DNA from: Macrostomum lignano
Lineage: Eukaryota
Assembly (NCBI GenBank): GCA_002269645.1
Contig: NIVC01000392.1
Location: forward strand, 124,001 to 188,000
Length of the DNA: 64,000 nt
Reading direction: 5' to 3'
Position numbers and translations under genes: made by a program. Positions within the stretch are counted from its first letter, which is position 1, and every line of letters begins with the position of its first letter. Under the pieces are notes generated by a model, which was not told the DNA's origin, did no database searches, and was given only the letters and a program-made list of their open reading frames with translations. This document shows positions 1-11,299 of this stretch, piece after piece.

Positions 1-723
1 TAAATTTTTACATTATGGCTGTACTTCTGGCATAATTTAGAGCGTCACATCAAACGTTCTAATGTACGAGTATAATAACGAGGCTTTTCACATTACCATT
101 TCCAGAACCAGAATCGGTTCGGATATCTTCCAAGAAAAAAAGCAGTATAACTATTTACATGTAACTTTGCTGAACATTTGACTGCCTTAACAAGCGCAAC
201 GATTTAATGCAGTTTCCCACTTTTAAGCAGTATCATCATTATAAAAACGCGCGTTACAAGCTGTTGAAACCCGCGCATTTTGAAGCCGCTAAATTCCAAT
301 CTGGGTTAATAACAACAATAGCAGTTATAATAATTCCAACAATAAAAGCTCTCTAATCCGTTTAAATGCCAGTAGCCGATTTACATGTAATAGCTCTTTT
401 TACTACACCTTGTCGCCAAATCGTTCGTCCATTCGCCGGATTTACTGGATACCCTAAAAAGGCCATCTTTTTTGTAATTACGAGCCAGAAGGTATTCTAT
501 TAGCAACGTATTAAAAAAGAGAAAGAAAAAAGTCAACGGAAAGCTGAAACATTTGTAGGATTTGCAGTTGATCATAAAGATGTTTTATTGAAATTTTAGA
601 TCAGTTTAAATTTCAATCATGTATTGTTTTGTTATTGTTTCAAAAGTTTAAATTGGGCCAATGAAATTTCGGCCCTAACATTGGTATTTCTAGTTTCAGA
701 TCTTGATTTGCTTCTACTCTTCA

Positions 724-1755
724 TCACATATTTGTTTCAACGCTTCTTTCGTCGCGTCGAGTGCCTCGGCTGCTCGGGGCCGGGCTTTTTGACGCGGCAC
801 CGGCCACAGGACGGCACAGCACGAAGCGAGTGAACTGGCGATGGAAAACCAGGTAGATGAGCGGATTCACCAGCGAGTTGATGGCTGACATGAAGGGAAA
901 CACGAAGTAGTGCACCACGAATGGCAGAGCGTCGAAGTACGTTCCCAGGTTCCAGGCCATGTAGTTCACAGTGTCGGGCAGGTTGAACACAATGAACGCC
1001 ACCACGGTGAAGCCAATAAGGATGGTGAATCTCCTTGACGCCGATTCCGAATTATTTGACGAAGACGACATTTTAGCCGACCTGCGCAGGTGAAAAATGA
1101 TGACGGCGTAGGAGCTGAGCATGCAGAGAGTTGGCAGCAGCACAGTGATGCTGGTGCTTGCGACGCTCAGAGGTCGCAGGGCGGCTTCGGGCACTCGATT
1201 GCGACTGTCGCAGATGATCTCAGAGTTAGTTACCGAGTTGTTGCCCTCAGCATCGCCGTCAACTGCAGCTGCCTCTCCTGGCACCTGTTGCGGCCAATAC
1301 GACAGCAGGTTTAGCGGCACGTAAGCAAGGAAGCTGACCAGGAAGATGGTGGAGTAGAAGAGCTTCAGCATGTACCGCTTGCGTCTCTGCCACCAGAAGT
1401 GGCAGCAGATGCAGAGACAGCGCTCGATAGTGAAAGCGAGCGTGTTGTAGATGCTGCAGTTGATGGTGTACCAGAACAGCATGGCACTGTCGTTGCCAAG
1501 AATGCAGAACAGGTACCAGCTGGAGTCGAGGGTGTCGGACTGACTCGGCCGCGGGATGGACTGCAGCTGCACGAACACGATGTTGGTTGACAGGACCAGC
1601 AGGTCGAAGACAGCCTGGCTGCGAACCAGAGCGGTGGCGGATTTCGAAGCAATTTTGTGTCGCAGTGCGAACACCAAGAGTAGAGCGTTGAGCAGAATGC
1701 CGACGGAGGACAGGGGCAAACTGATCAGCAGGAGCTTCTGGCCTAGATCGCTCAT
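724..1755 (-). CDS. Intronless class A (rhodopsin-like) GPCR, 343 aa, orphan/peptide-receptor-like
   Basis: Seven hydrophobic segments; TM1 GILLN, TM2 AVFDL, TM3 end TIERC (DRY equivalent), TM6 FIVFNLP, TM7 NPLIY followed by helix-8-like FHRQFTRF. Confidence 0.88.
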   Translation of the reverse strand: MSDLGQKLLLISLPLSSVGILLNALLLVFALRHKIASKSATALVRSQAVFDLLVLSTNIVFVQLQSIPRPSQSDTLDSSWYLFCILGNDSAMLFWYTINCSIYNTLAFTIERCLCICCHFWWQRRKRYMLKLFYSTIFLVSFLAYVPLNLLSYWPQQVPGEAAAVDGDAEGNNSVTNSEIICDSRNRVPEAALRPLSVASTSITVLLPTLCMLSSYAVIIFHLRRSAKMSSSSNNSESASRRFTILIGFTVVAFIVFNLPDTVNYMAWNLGTYFDALPFVVHYFVFPFMSAINSLVNPLIYLVFHRQFTRFVLCRPVAGAASKSPAPSSRGTRRDERSVETNM

Positions 1756-1771
1756 CTTAATCTAAGGTTCC

Positions 1772-1853
1772 CTGGAGAATGCGTTGAAATTCAGGTTTTA
1801 GTTGGAAATCAGTTGGTTCTGAACAAGCTCAAACCCATATGACACACACTTAC
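1772..1853 (-). other. Putative 82-nt 5'UTR intron of GPCR1
   Basis: Minus-strand donor CTG|GTAAGT at 1853 and acceptor TTCTCCAG at 1772, 16 nt upstream of the ATG. Confidence 0.4.
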
Positions 1854-1920
1854 CAGTTTTACCTTGATAGTATCCTGTCCCGGATGCAGACCTGGGGAAC
1901 GGCAGGTGGAACAGCTTCAA

Positions 1921-1931
1921 CTTTATATAGG
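1921..1931 (-). promoter_or_regulatory. Putative TATA box of GPCR1
   Basis: Minus strand reads CCTATATAAAG about 70 nt upstream of the putative UTR intron donor. Confidence 0.45.
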
Positions 1932-1980
1932 GAACTGGGGAGTTGCACAACAGTTTCAAATGCCTACTGATTGGCTCTAG

Positions 1981-2410
1981 AGAGATTTAGAGACAACCCT
2001 AGGGGAGATTTAGAAACGACTCTAGGGGAGATTTAAAGACAACTCTAGGGGAGATTTAGAGAAAAATCTAGGGGAGATTTAGAGACAACTCTAGGGGAGA
2101 TTTAGAAACGACTCTAGGGGAGATTTAAAGACAACTCTAGGGGAGATTTAGAGAAAAATCTAGGGGAGATTTAGAGACAACTCTAGGGAAGATTTAGAAA
2201 CGACTCTAGGGGAGATATAGAGACAATTCTTAGGAGAAATTTAGAGACAATTCTAGGGGAGATTTAGAGACAACTCTAGGGGAGATTTCGAGACAACTCT
2301 AGGGGAGATTTAGAGACAACTCTAGGAGAGATTTAGAGACAAATCTATGGGAGATTTAGAGACAACTCCAGGGGAGATTTAGAGACAACTCTAGGGGAGC
2401 TTTAGAGATA
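1981..2410. repeat. 21-bp minisatellite (CTAGGGGAGATTTAGAGACAA), ~20 copies
   Basis: Tandem periodicity read directly. Confidence 0.95.
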
Positions 2411-2645
2411 CTTATTTTTCGTATCGCTGGCACTACTGTCAAGCAGGGAACTATGAATATTCAAAACCCAACACAGCAATAACTTGTAATCAAAAGATTA
2501 TGAAAAGAAAACCAGCGTGGCCATCCAGCTTTATTTAGGGCATTGAAAATCTAAAAACCATTCATCCAACCGACACAGAGCGCAAATTGTTCAAAAACAA
2601 AAATTGCCATTTCAGCATATAATTCACGTCGGGTTTTGTTGGAAA

Positions 2646-4748
2646 TCATTTCCGACACCTCAGCACCGCCCAGGTGACGGATCGGCGCGAGTTCGCCGAG
2701 GCCGCTTTCGCCGCCGCGGCAGCCGCAGCCGCTGCCGCCGTGTCGGCCGCCAGATTACACTCGGCTTGCAGACGCTGGTCGAACATTTCAGCTGGCAGGT
2801 GGACAATTATCGAGCACCGCCGGCACGGCTTCGTGGCCATCGCAGTCGGCGAGGACTTCCGCCGAAGCCGCTGCTGGTTCAGCTGGTCCACTGCCATGGC
2901 GCTGATCCCCGACTCAACCGAGATCGAGTTGCGCTCGTCAATCCGTGAGAACACGGCCGGCTTCTGTCGTCGCAACGAGGCCACCGCCGCTGGCGAAGAC
3001 GACGCCGCTGGAGACGCATTTTCTGTCGAGTGTCGTCGTAGACGACGTTGCAAAAACCGAGCGCCGCGACGGAACAGCTGGTAGTGCCAGTTGCCGCGCC
3101 GGCTGCCGCTGCCGAGTGGCGTCGCGAGTCCCGCTGCGGCCGACTGAGCCGACAGGCGGTTCCTCGTCGCCGTGGTCCACGGTGGGAACGCCGGCGAGGC
3201 AAGTCTGGCGGCGGCAGCGGCAACGTCGATGGCTGCAACAGCCGGACTGCCGTGGATGGTCAGCTCGAGTTCGCTGCTGCTGTCTTCCACGTCGTCATCG
3301 TCATCGTCGTCGTCATCCAAGTCGTCGTCGTCGTCGTTGGAGTCGATGATGCCGGAATTTTCCGTGCCTTCATTGACTGCGTCCGCTTGCTGAGCTGCGT
3401 TAATCGCGTCTTCTTGTTCGTCAGTTTCGTTCTCAAGCTCGCCAGCGCGTAGATCCTCCTCTGCCAAGCCCGGCTCGTCTCCGGCAACGTCAACCTCCTC
3501 TTCGTCGTCCGTGTCTTCGTCCGCTTCCGTGGTGTCAGTGCCGTCTCGATCCTCGCCTGCGGTGAAGTCGTCTTCCTCGATAGTGGCCGAACCGGATTCT
3601 TCGCCAAGAGCAATCGACGTGTGAATTGTGACTTCAACCACTCCAACGACGTTTGTCTCGTAGTGTATAGTGTGAAAATGCGCCTCATCAAGCACAGCAT
3701 CCATGCTCTCAATTGCAGTTATTAATTGCTCACTGTCAGTAGCCGCTTGCTCAATCAGACAGTCGATTGCGTTGCCAATAGCTTCCACTTTTGGCTCGTT
3801 GCTTGTAACTTCCTCTTCTTCCGCTTCCTGATCTGCAACTTCCGCTTCCTGATCTGCAACTTCCGCTTCCTGATCTGCAACTTCCTCTTCCTGATCTGCA
3901 ACTTCCGCTTCCTGATCTGCAACTTCCGCTTCCTGACCTGCAAATTCCGCTTCCTGACCTGCAAATTCCGCTTCCTGATCTGCAACTTCCGCTTCCTGAT
4001 CTGCAACTTCCGCTTCTTTGCTAGTGGATTCTGCTTCCATTGTATTTTCTGTAACCTCTGTTTTATCTTTTTCAACTTCTGCTTTCTTGACTGAATCTTC
4101 AGCTTTCTTAGCGTCATTAGCATTGAATGTCTCGTCCTCAACATTCACTGTCTTATCCTCAATATTCACTGCCTTATCCTCAACCGTCGCTGTCTTGTCC
4201 TCAACGGTCGCTGTCTTGTCCTCAACGGTCGCTGTCTTGTCCTCAGCGGTCGCTGTCTTGTCCTCAGCGGTCGCTGTCTTGTCCACAACGGTCGCTTTCT
4301 TGTCCTCAGCGGTCGCTGTCTTGTCCTCAACGGTCGCTGTCTTGTCCACAACGGTCGCTGTCTTGTCCTCAACGGTCGCTGTCTTGTCCTCAGCGGTCGC
4401 TGTCTTGTCCTCAGCGGTCGCTGCCTTGTCCTCAACGGTCGCTGTCTTGTCCTTAACGGTCGCTGTCTTGTCCTTAACGGTCGCTGTCTTGTCCTCAACG
4501 GTCGCTGTCTTGTCCTTAACGGTCACTTTCTTGTCCACAACGGTTACTGTCTTGTCCACAACGGTTACTGTCTTGACGTCACACTCGTTTGGTTCGCTAG
4601 ATGAAGCTGTAGGAGCGTCGGGACGAAGTTCTTCATCGTTCTGTTTCAGTTGCTCGGAAGACATCGAAAAAGTGATTCGCGGAGGAAAAGGTTGCAAAAA
4701 TATTCTTGAAACTTTTCTATGCTTCAAACGAATCGTTTCTGAGCACAT
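2646..4748 (-). CDS. Acidic, low-complexity (probably disordered) protein with two in-frame 7-aa repeat tracts and a C-terminal RVxF-like motif; ATG at 4748 or 4664
   Basis: ORF over 2 kb; the GC-rich non-repeat part resembles neighbouring exons; 21-bp repeats encode TVEDKTA (~4165-4575) and QEAEVAD (~3820-4015); poly-D and poly-A tracts; ends RRSVTWAVLRCRK*. The ORF-track start at 4853 is TTG and is not accepted. Confidence 0.6.
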   Translation of the reverse strand: MCSETIRLKHRKVSRIFLQPFPPRITFSMSSEQLKQNDEELRPDAPTASSSEPNECDVKTVTVVDKTVTVVDKKVTVKDKTATVEDKTATVKDKTATVKDKTATVEDKAATAEDKTATAEDKTATVEDKTATVVDKTATVEDKTATAEDKKATVVDKTATAEDKTATAEDKTATVEDKTATVEDKTATVEDKAVNIEDKTVNVEDETFNANDAKKAEDSVKKAEVEKDKTEVTENTMEAESTSKEAEVADQEAEVADQEAEFAGQEAEFAGQEAEVADQEAEVADQEEEVADQEAEVADQEAEVADQEAEEEEVTSNEPKVEAIGNAIDCLIEQAATDSEQLITAIESMDAVLDEAHFHTIHYETNVVGVVEVTIHTSIALGEESGSATIEEDDFTAGEDRDGTDTTEADEDTDDEEEVDVAGDEPGLAEEDLRAGELENETDEQEDAINAAQQADAVNEGTENSGIIDSNDDDDDLDDDDDDDDDVEDSSSELELTIHGSPAVAAIDVAAAAARLASPAFPPWTTATRNRLSAQSAAAGLATPLGSGSRRGNWHYQLFRRGARFLQRRLRRHSTENASPAASSSPAAVASLRRQKPAVFSRIDERNSISVESGISAMAVDQLNQQRLRRKSSPTAMATKPCRRCSIIVHLPAEMFDQRLQAECNLAADTAAAAAAAAAAKAASANSRRSVTWAVLRCRK

Positions 4749-5094
4749 ATTTATTATTTTTCTTTCTAAGCAAAGAATAACATGAGCAACTAAATTGTCT
4801 ATGGAAAGGTGGTGCCTCTTGTGAACGAATACGAGCGAGGTTATAATTACCAATGAACATTTCTTTAAATAACTTAGCTCGTCTAACTATAGTGTTTGCT
4901 AATTTAAATCTACCTGATTAGTTATTGAGTTTGATTTATATCAACTATCGCAGTTTTAAGCTCAGTATTTTGAAGTCAATAACTTTTACATTACACGGAC
5001 GTTAACGCCGGACTTCGGGTACTTCGTCGGAGGTGCGAATATTGCACGGGACTTCGTCACCAGCTTTGTGTACTGCATCCCATTGACATTATTT

Positions 5095-5298
5095 CGATTG
5101 TCTGCCTCCAAAATCATATGCACAATCTACCATTGTCTGTCTCCAGAACCATAGACACAATCTACCATTGTCTGTCTCCAAAACCAAAAGACACAATCTA
5201 CCATTGTCTGTCTCCAAAACCAAAAGACACAATCTACCATTATGTGTCTTCAAAACCAAAAAGACACAATCTACCATTATCTGTCTTCAAAACCTCCA
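5095..5298. repeat. 33-bp tandem repeat, ~6 copies (ACAATCTACCATTGTCTGTCTCCAAAACCAAAAGAC-like)
   Basis: Tandem periodicity; the minus strand encodes LVLETDNGRLC. Confidence 0.9.
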
Positions 5299-5490
5299 AA
5301 ATCGATAGATTTCTTAGAAATAATTTTTATAAGTCTATCAATCGCTTTGCTAGCTGCTTTGTCACGGAAAAATATCGACGACTAAAAGCAGTAACCGTGC
5401 TGGTCAGGAGACTCCTTATTAGTCTCCCATTCGTTGGCAATTGAGCTATATCTAAAATGAAAATGACCGGTCGATATGATTTTATGACAG
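5270..5490 (-). pseudogene. Retroviral-type (RVE) integrase core remnant, Polinton-like
   Basis: Translates ILDIAQLPTNGRLIRSLLTSTVTAFSRRYFSVTK...*KLFLRNLSILEVLKTDNG, matching the D...NG...D(A/V)FS(R/K)...LQTDNG integrase pattern; contains an internal stop. Confidence 0.55.
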
Positions 5491-5699
5491 ATTGATCCAG
5501 CTATAATCTGCTTCAATCACAGCATCAACGAATAGTCTCTGTCTCTAAAAATGAAAATTTTCTGACAGCAGATCCGTAATTTCTAGTATTTTGATTCTCC
5601 AGAGTTTACATTGATTGAAAGCGTTGGACAGAGAAAGCACGGATTATCCAATCGACTTTTGTTTTAGCTTTCAAGCTTTGAATCAAGCCGATCCGTCAT

Positions 5700-6250
5700 T
5701 TGCAAAATTCCCATGCAAGTTTTGGTTTATTGAAGGCACTGGAGCCAGAAAGGGAGGCTTGATCAATCAAATGTCATGTCGATATGTCATTTTTACATAT
5801 TTTTGCCTAAAAAGTAGCGTATCATTTTCATAAAAATTCGTCTGGATGTAACGGCTGTCCGAACAAAATATTACAATTTTAATTGACTCCTGTTCGACAC
5901 GGGTACGCTCTGATCCTCTAAGCTCATATTTCACAACGTCGAAACGTCGGCATTGTGAAAGTTCCACCTTCTGATGTTTTTACCTTGGGAAAGAATGTGC
6001 TTTCGACGTTGTGAAATTTCGATTTGTAAACCCCCCCTTCCAGTTTTGGGCTTAGAAATCACATCTGTCACTAGCGCAAGTCAGCGCTAAAATTCAGCTC
6101 GATTTCATCCCTCGACGTAATTTAAAAAGACCAGCGACGTTCATCGATACGACGGGTACGTCACCAGATGTTGGCCGAGTGGTAAAATTAGAAGCAACTC
6201 CCAATATCCATTCAACACGATTCCCTATACCGATAGAGGAATTGTACAAA
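5700..6250 (-). pseudogene. Possible Polinton minor capsid (penton) remnant
   Basis: GIVLNGYWELLL resembles the I.L.G.WEVGL N-terminal motif; later IVIFCSD and LAPVPS are weakly similar; heavily degraded. Confidence 0.3.
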
Positions 6251-6559
6251 TTCCAATTTTTGTTAAAAGATTCTGCACATGCGTGTTCTTTGGATTAATT
6301 TTTTGTAGCTAAAAACGCGAGGTCCAAAATGCAGGTCTATAGTAGAGTAGGCCTAAGATCGTCTTCTAAGAACTAAGGCCTAAGAACAGATCAGAGTAGG
6401 CCTAAGGCAAATACTTTCGTATTGTCTCTATTGCGCACCGGTAGGTAAGTCACAGCATCAGCAGCTTTTGTTACGGCAGTCTTCATCGAGTCCATGAAGA
6501 TTAGCTGGATTGTCAGACATGCAAAATGGTTGAATAGCGAACAAGAAACGGCTTTCTAA

Positions 6560-6960
6560 AAAATATCCTATTCGATCGAGCAGAAAAAGAGAATTGCGTG
6601 CCTCAATTTCATATCCGCGAGCTGAATTCAAGCCCTGAAGCCGTTTTTCCAACTGAGCTTTCATTGTAAATTGAATTTTATTTCAAAAAATACAACGCAA
6701 AGATGATATTTGTACAAGAAAATAGTTCAGTCGATAGTTCTTCGCATTCCCTCTACTTAAAGTAGTAACATAATGCATTTTGTTTTTGTTTAAACAAAAT
6801 CGAGCAAAGCTTCTCAGCTCAGTATTCGATGTTTTTTACCCCTGAACAGATCCAGAGAGCTACCCAATGTTTTCTGTGCAAATTGCTCCGGTCTGTGTTT
6901 ACGATTTACGATGGGATATACATAAATACGTAATAGTCTCGGGCAGACGACGCGCAAAAA
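6560..6960 (-). pseudogene. Polinton/adenain-like cysteine protease remnant
   Basis: IVNTDRSNLHRKHWVALWICSG at 6840-6905 matches the IVNTD...HWVA motif carrying the catalytic His; multiple stops. Confidence 0.62.
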
Positions 6961-6989
6961 TACGTTAATTAGTTACGCCAGATAGAATT

Positions 6990-7600
6990 ATAGTGTTGTC
7001 TACTTCAATACAGATCCAGGCACCACGTCGTGGAACTCCGCGTCAGATGCAGCTGGTTGTCGAATAGGCCGCTCGCGATGACTTTGTAGACTCTGTCCAT
7101 TGCAGTCGCGAAGCGCAGTAGTTCCAATCGTACATCGCCTTCGATCTTTATATACCTGTGCGCCGGCTCCTCACCCTATACGTCACTGCACAGTCCGAAA
7201 GTGTAGATGGTGCAGTGTAAGCCAGCTTTGTACTCTAGCAGAGTGAATCCCAGGTCGCGGATCTGCAGATGCCACCCGGCAGCTTCAATGTAGTTGTAAT
7301 CGAAGTCACTGTAATCGATTTCAGGAGGTCTCGGACTCTCATCGGCACCGTGTCCACCCTCCCATTAAAGGCCTTGTTGCTCATCAAGGCCGTAAGTGAA
7401 AGTTTCGGAACACCGCTTGGGAAGAGATTCTCGTCCGTGTAGTTAAACGTACCAGTCGTAACAGTAAGCGCGCTCATTTGAAGCTGATTCAGTGGATAGA
7501 TGGCATTGCGATGTTTCAACCCTAGCAACACCACGTCGAATGCCGGTGCACAGATGACGGCCAGTCCAAAAGTTGCCCCAAATTCTGGCGGCCAGGTCCA
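6990..7600 (-). pseudogene. Polinton major capsid protein (double jelly-roll) C-terminal half remnant
   Basis: NAIYPLNQLQMSALTVTTG...ENLFPSGVPK...MSNKAFNG, then (new frame) GFTLLEYKAGLHCTIYTFGLCSDV*...GDVRLELLRFATAM...VIASGLFDNQLHL. These correspond to the AKYPI..LF.GQLPK..N.AFNG and Y..F.L..D...G..RLEL.F...FDN.I.I consensus. Confidence 0.75.
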
Positions 7601-8348
7601 AGAACTGAGGTTTGCTTAACAGACATATCGTAATCCTATGAATCTTTGGTCGATCAGTCGTATTGAATGGTGTCCTAATGCGTTTCCCAATCAGTCTTGT
7701 GCGTTTTGAGGTTTACTGTTTAATCTCTTTCCCGTACCAATTCCGGCATTGGCGTTTAAGGTGGTTTTTAGTAATCTTTTGCTCTAATTGTTTTTAGGAT
7801 GTAATGCATTCTTTGCTTGTTATTTGCTATGCAGGCAATAAAGACGGTTTTGTACCGTTACTTTTAGAGCAGTGGCATGTTAAACTACCGGTACAGTGAA
7901 TCATCTTACCTGTAATAATTTTAGAAGCAGTCCGTGAATGTCCCTACACCACACAGTGTCAGGCTAAGTTTGTGCGTCCCAATTCGTCAGACGAAGCAAC
8001 GATACAATCCAGTGCGTCCCAACACCTGGTAGTAACTATAAACTATTACATATACTCGTACCATGAAGCAGGGTCTTATGCTTACGAGTACCACAGAAGG
8101 TAAAAATGTAAAAGCCATTATAGATATTAGGTCAGAAGTTGAGAGTTGTTGGGAGTAAATTCTCAACAAAGAACTGCACATTCCGTTCGATGTACTCGTA
8201 TATTAGATGTAAGGAGGGGCTGCAGCTCCAAGATCTACAACGCCCAGAAAACGGAAGCCCGAACAAAAATACAGACCGAAAAACTTCGAATAATCAAATA
8301 TAATATGTCAGACCAGCTCTACGCGTTTGGGGGCCCGATCTATGAGGA

Positions 8349-9735
8349 CTGCCGCGAGCAACATGCGAGGACGCGCACGTGCCACGGACGATCAGCCGGA
8401 GCCACGAACAGAGTATTGGGTGCAGCAGCCCGACTTCTTCAGGTAACAAGGGGAGAAAAAGTTTAGCGTACGCTTAATTTATTTGTGTTTTGATTCAGTT
8501 TGATTGTACTCAACGCCAATCTCCCAGCGCGTAACCTTCAGAGGTCAAAAACCCTCTACACATCCGGTAAGTGGACTGCAGACTCTGCGCCTTTCAAATA
8601 CCCGGTAGGTGCACCGCATAAAAATCCTTTTCACACTGCTCACATGCAGATGTTGGCTACTGCCTCCGGCGGACAGGCCACTGGGCACTGATCGGTGAAT
8701 TCCGCGGGTTCCTTTCGGTCGCGGGCATGGGCGACCACGCGAAACCACGGATACTACGCGTAACTGATGAACGAATAATGTTCGGACCCTAAGCTTGGCC
8801 CATCTAGAGCCGCCGGTGCCAGGCCGTGGGAGTGTAGCATCTTGCTATAGTTAGCAACAGCCTAGAGTTTCCATAAGTTATTAAATTTCTAGAAATTTTC
8901 ATGCATCTGCACTTTCTACCTCGTATAAATAGCGATTCTTCTTAATTGTTAAAAAAGTTTGCTTGACAAAATATTTCTACGTATAAGCTACGCATTTCAT
9001 ATAGTTGAACTATTGGCCACATTAGTATTTCCTGCATTTACTTCTAGTAGTTACTATGCATAATACACAAGCGTAGGAAATTCCAGAACACTGTAAATTT
9101 TTCTATAAATAAATATACGCCACGCACTCAGCTATACCAAGCCTCTCTTCACTGACTAATCGAACGTCTAAAAACCTCAAAGAATCACCTCACCGCCTTC
9201 ACGCCTCATTTATTTTGTTAACCCGCTACAAGTACAATGACTTTTGCATTTTGAATTTTATATTGTGATCTAAAACAAAAGGAAACATGACAAAAATTAA
9301 CTTTTGGCGTTGACAAGTTAGTTAGCTACCATGCAATGCCAATCCCGGAGTTTTTATCGAGATTGATCGGCCCCAATCCCGGGATCCTGTCAGGTCCAAA
9401 AATTGTCCGCTTTTGTGATCCATGGCTATTGTGGCCATGTGTTGATTCCATCGCCAGCTCATGCATTTCAAACACAATGTCCCGGATGTTAAGATAAAGT
9501 GCAAATAGGTGCAAATAGAACTAGAAACAAACGAAACGCTGGTTTAACCTGCCAGGAAATTTTGAGGCAGCAAACAACGCACGAGAGAAAACACCATATG
9601 ATGAAGCCTAGGACAACTGGACTAAAAGGCCTGTTAGTAACGAATTGATTTTCTTTGTGAAGAAGCTAGCTGACCCTTTGGATTGTTGGGCCGAATTTAT
9701 TGGCCGAATTTATATTATTTATTGATGTGCGAATC
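8349..9735 (+). repeat. Dispersed repeat R1, copy 1 (contains ~400 bp absent from copy 2, ~9240-9640)
   Basis: Collinear blocks shared with 15797-16725, e.g. GATTGTACTCAACGCCAA, CCTTTTCACACTGCTCACATGCAG, CTGCCTCCGGCGGACAG, CTTCACTGACTAA..GAAC.TCTAAAAACCTCAAAGA. Confidence 0.8.
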
Positions 9736-11299
9736 GACATAAGGCATGAATTTGTTTCGATCTGCTTGCCGATAGGCCTGCTTGCGGTAGGCTGAGACGC
9801 GGTAAGGCAGTTGTGTGTGAAGCGTGACCTCTCGATAATCCTACATTGTTTATTTTGGGAGTTGTATTTTCGAATACAACGAATACAAGGAATACGACAA
9901 ATTGTGTCTATTTTCGTCCAAAAACCAATTCAAAACGGCTAGGACACAACTTCCAGGACGGGAATTGTTCACTAAGTGATTCTAGGGATTTGTGTCATAG
10001 GCATTTTCCACTTGGCGCAAGCCAAATGATGGCCATAGACAAAACGTCTGGAACGAAAAGTTAAGCGAAACAGTCTGAAATTACCATAGACGAAACATGT
10101 TAAATGAAGTTGTGGTATTATAAGCAGGAACTCTGCAGCAGAGGATACATGTTCCTGTTTCTTCTGTTTGCCCTAACCTCTATTCATGCCACTCATACAA
10201 ATGATAAATTGGTCGAATTTGCCGATTGAAAGCATTTAAGGCTTGAATGGAAATGAGGTCAACTTTCTCAGCGACTTGAGTATGGGTGGACGTGACGAGG
10301 CGAATGACGAAGAGTTGATGGAGTTCATCCGATTCATTGAATGCGGTAACGATGATGCTCTGCCACCACTGCCAAGCGAAGAAGAGGCTTGCCCCGAGGA
10401 TCCCATGCGGAACAACCATGCAATTCGGCCGATGTGAGTTTAACGTGTAACGATGTGAGTGTAAAAAATATCCTCGCAAACGCATTGATACAGGAATATA
10501 TAGATTTCTCATCTGCAAATGGGTACATCCAAATATAACCCGTTGGGAATATCCAAAGATGGGGGGCAGCTTGACCATAGACTATTCGCAGATAAGCAAT
10601 CTGTTGTATTCCTGTTTCGATGCCTGAAAGGCGCGCAAAAATTTACTTAGTTCACAATTTCCGTCGACGCAATCGTTTGTGGCCCAAACGAAACTAGGCA
10701 CAATCAAATTAAACATTTCAATGATCATCAAAGCGACTCCAATCATAGACTAAATTGCTACCACACAACTATTTGCCCTAGCGCTTTAAACCGAAATGAG
10801 TTGCACTTGGAGCAGATATCAAAAATAAAAAACTGTTAAGCGGTAAGTTCTTATATTTGTAGTAGATTCTTTACTTGAAAGTATTTTAAATAATAAATTC
10901 ATGCATACTTTCTTTAGTTACCTAACGGCAAGCGAAAGGTAAATGAACTAGGCAAGATGTCCAACGCTCTGTCTACTTCGCTATACGGAGCCAGTTCGTC
11001 GTCTGCGACCAACGAGACGTCGGTAGCCATAGTTGAACCATGTGATGATAAGGATTCTTCGGGGGACCCAATGCTATCTCCGGTACCCCCGTGGGCTCAA
11101 AACGTAAGGCAGTCGGAACTAGGGATTGCAATCCCGAGATCCCCGGGATTTTTTGTTAACATTTTTACAAAAAGTGTTGTAATATAAACATAATTGGGCC
11201 CACAACTAGTTTATTATACTGCGCTAATTTCCGTTAATTGCCTCACGTCGCGTGGCGCCTTTTTAAAACCTCTTCAACAAGACGGTGAAGATACGATTT

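Larger units (their letters stand above)
4900..7620 (-). mobile_element. Decayed Maverick/Polinton fragment (MCP-PRO-mCP-INT, co-oriented)
   Basis: Hand translation across stops and frameshifts gives motifs of several Polinton core genes in tandem; see the individual features. No TIRs found and the boundaries are approximate. Confidence 0.65.

Noticed and set aside
1090-4785. Antisense and alternate-frame ORFs over GPCR1 and the acidic ORF
   Set aside because: They are shadow ORFs of GC-rich or repetitive coding sequence with no independent motifs.
10243-10437. Short acidic ORF (RDEANDEELMEFIRF) as a gene exon or transposase N-terminus
   Set aside because: No continuation or recognisable domain could be linked to it.
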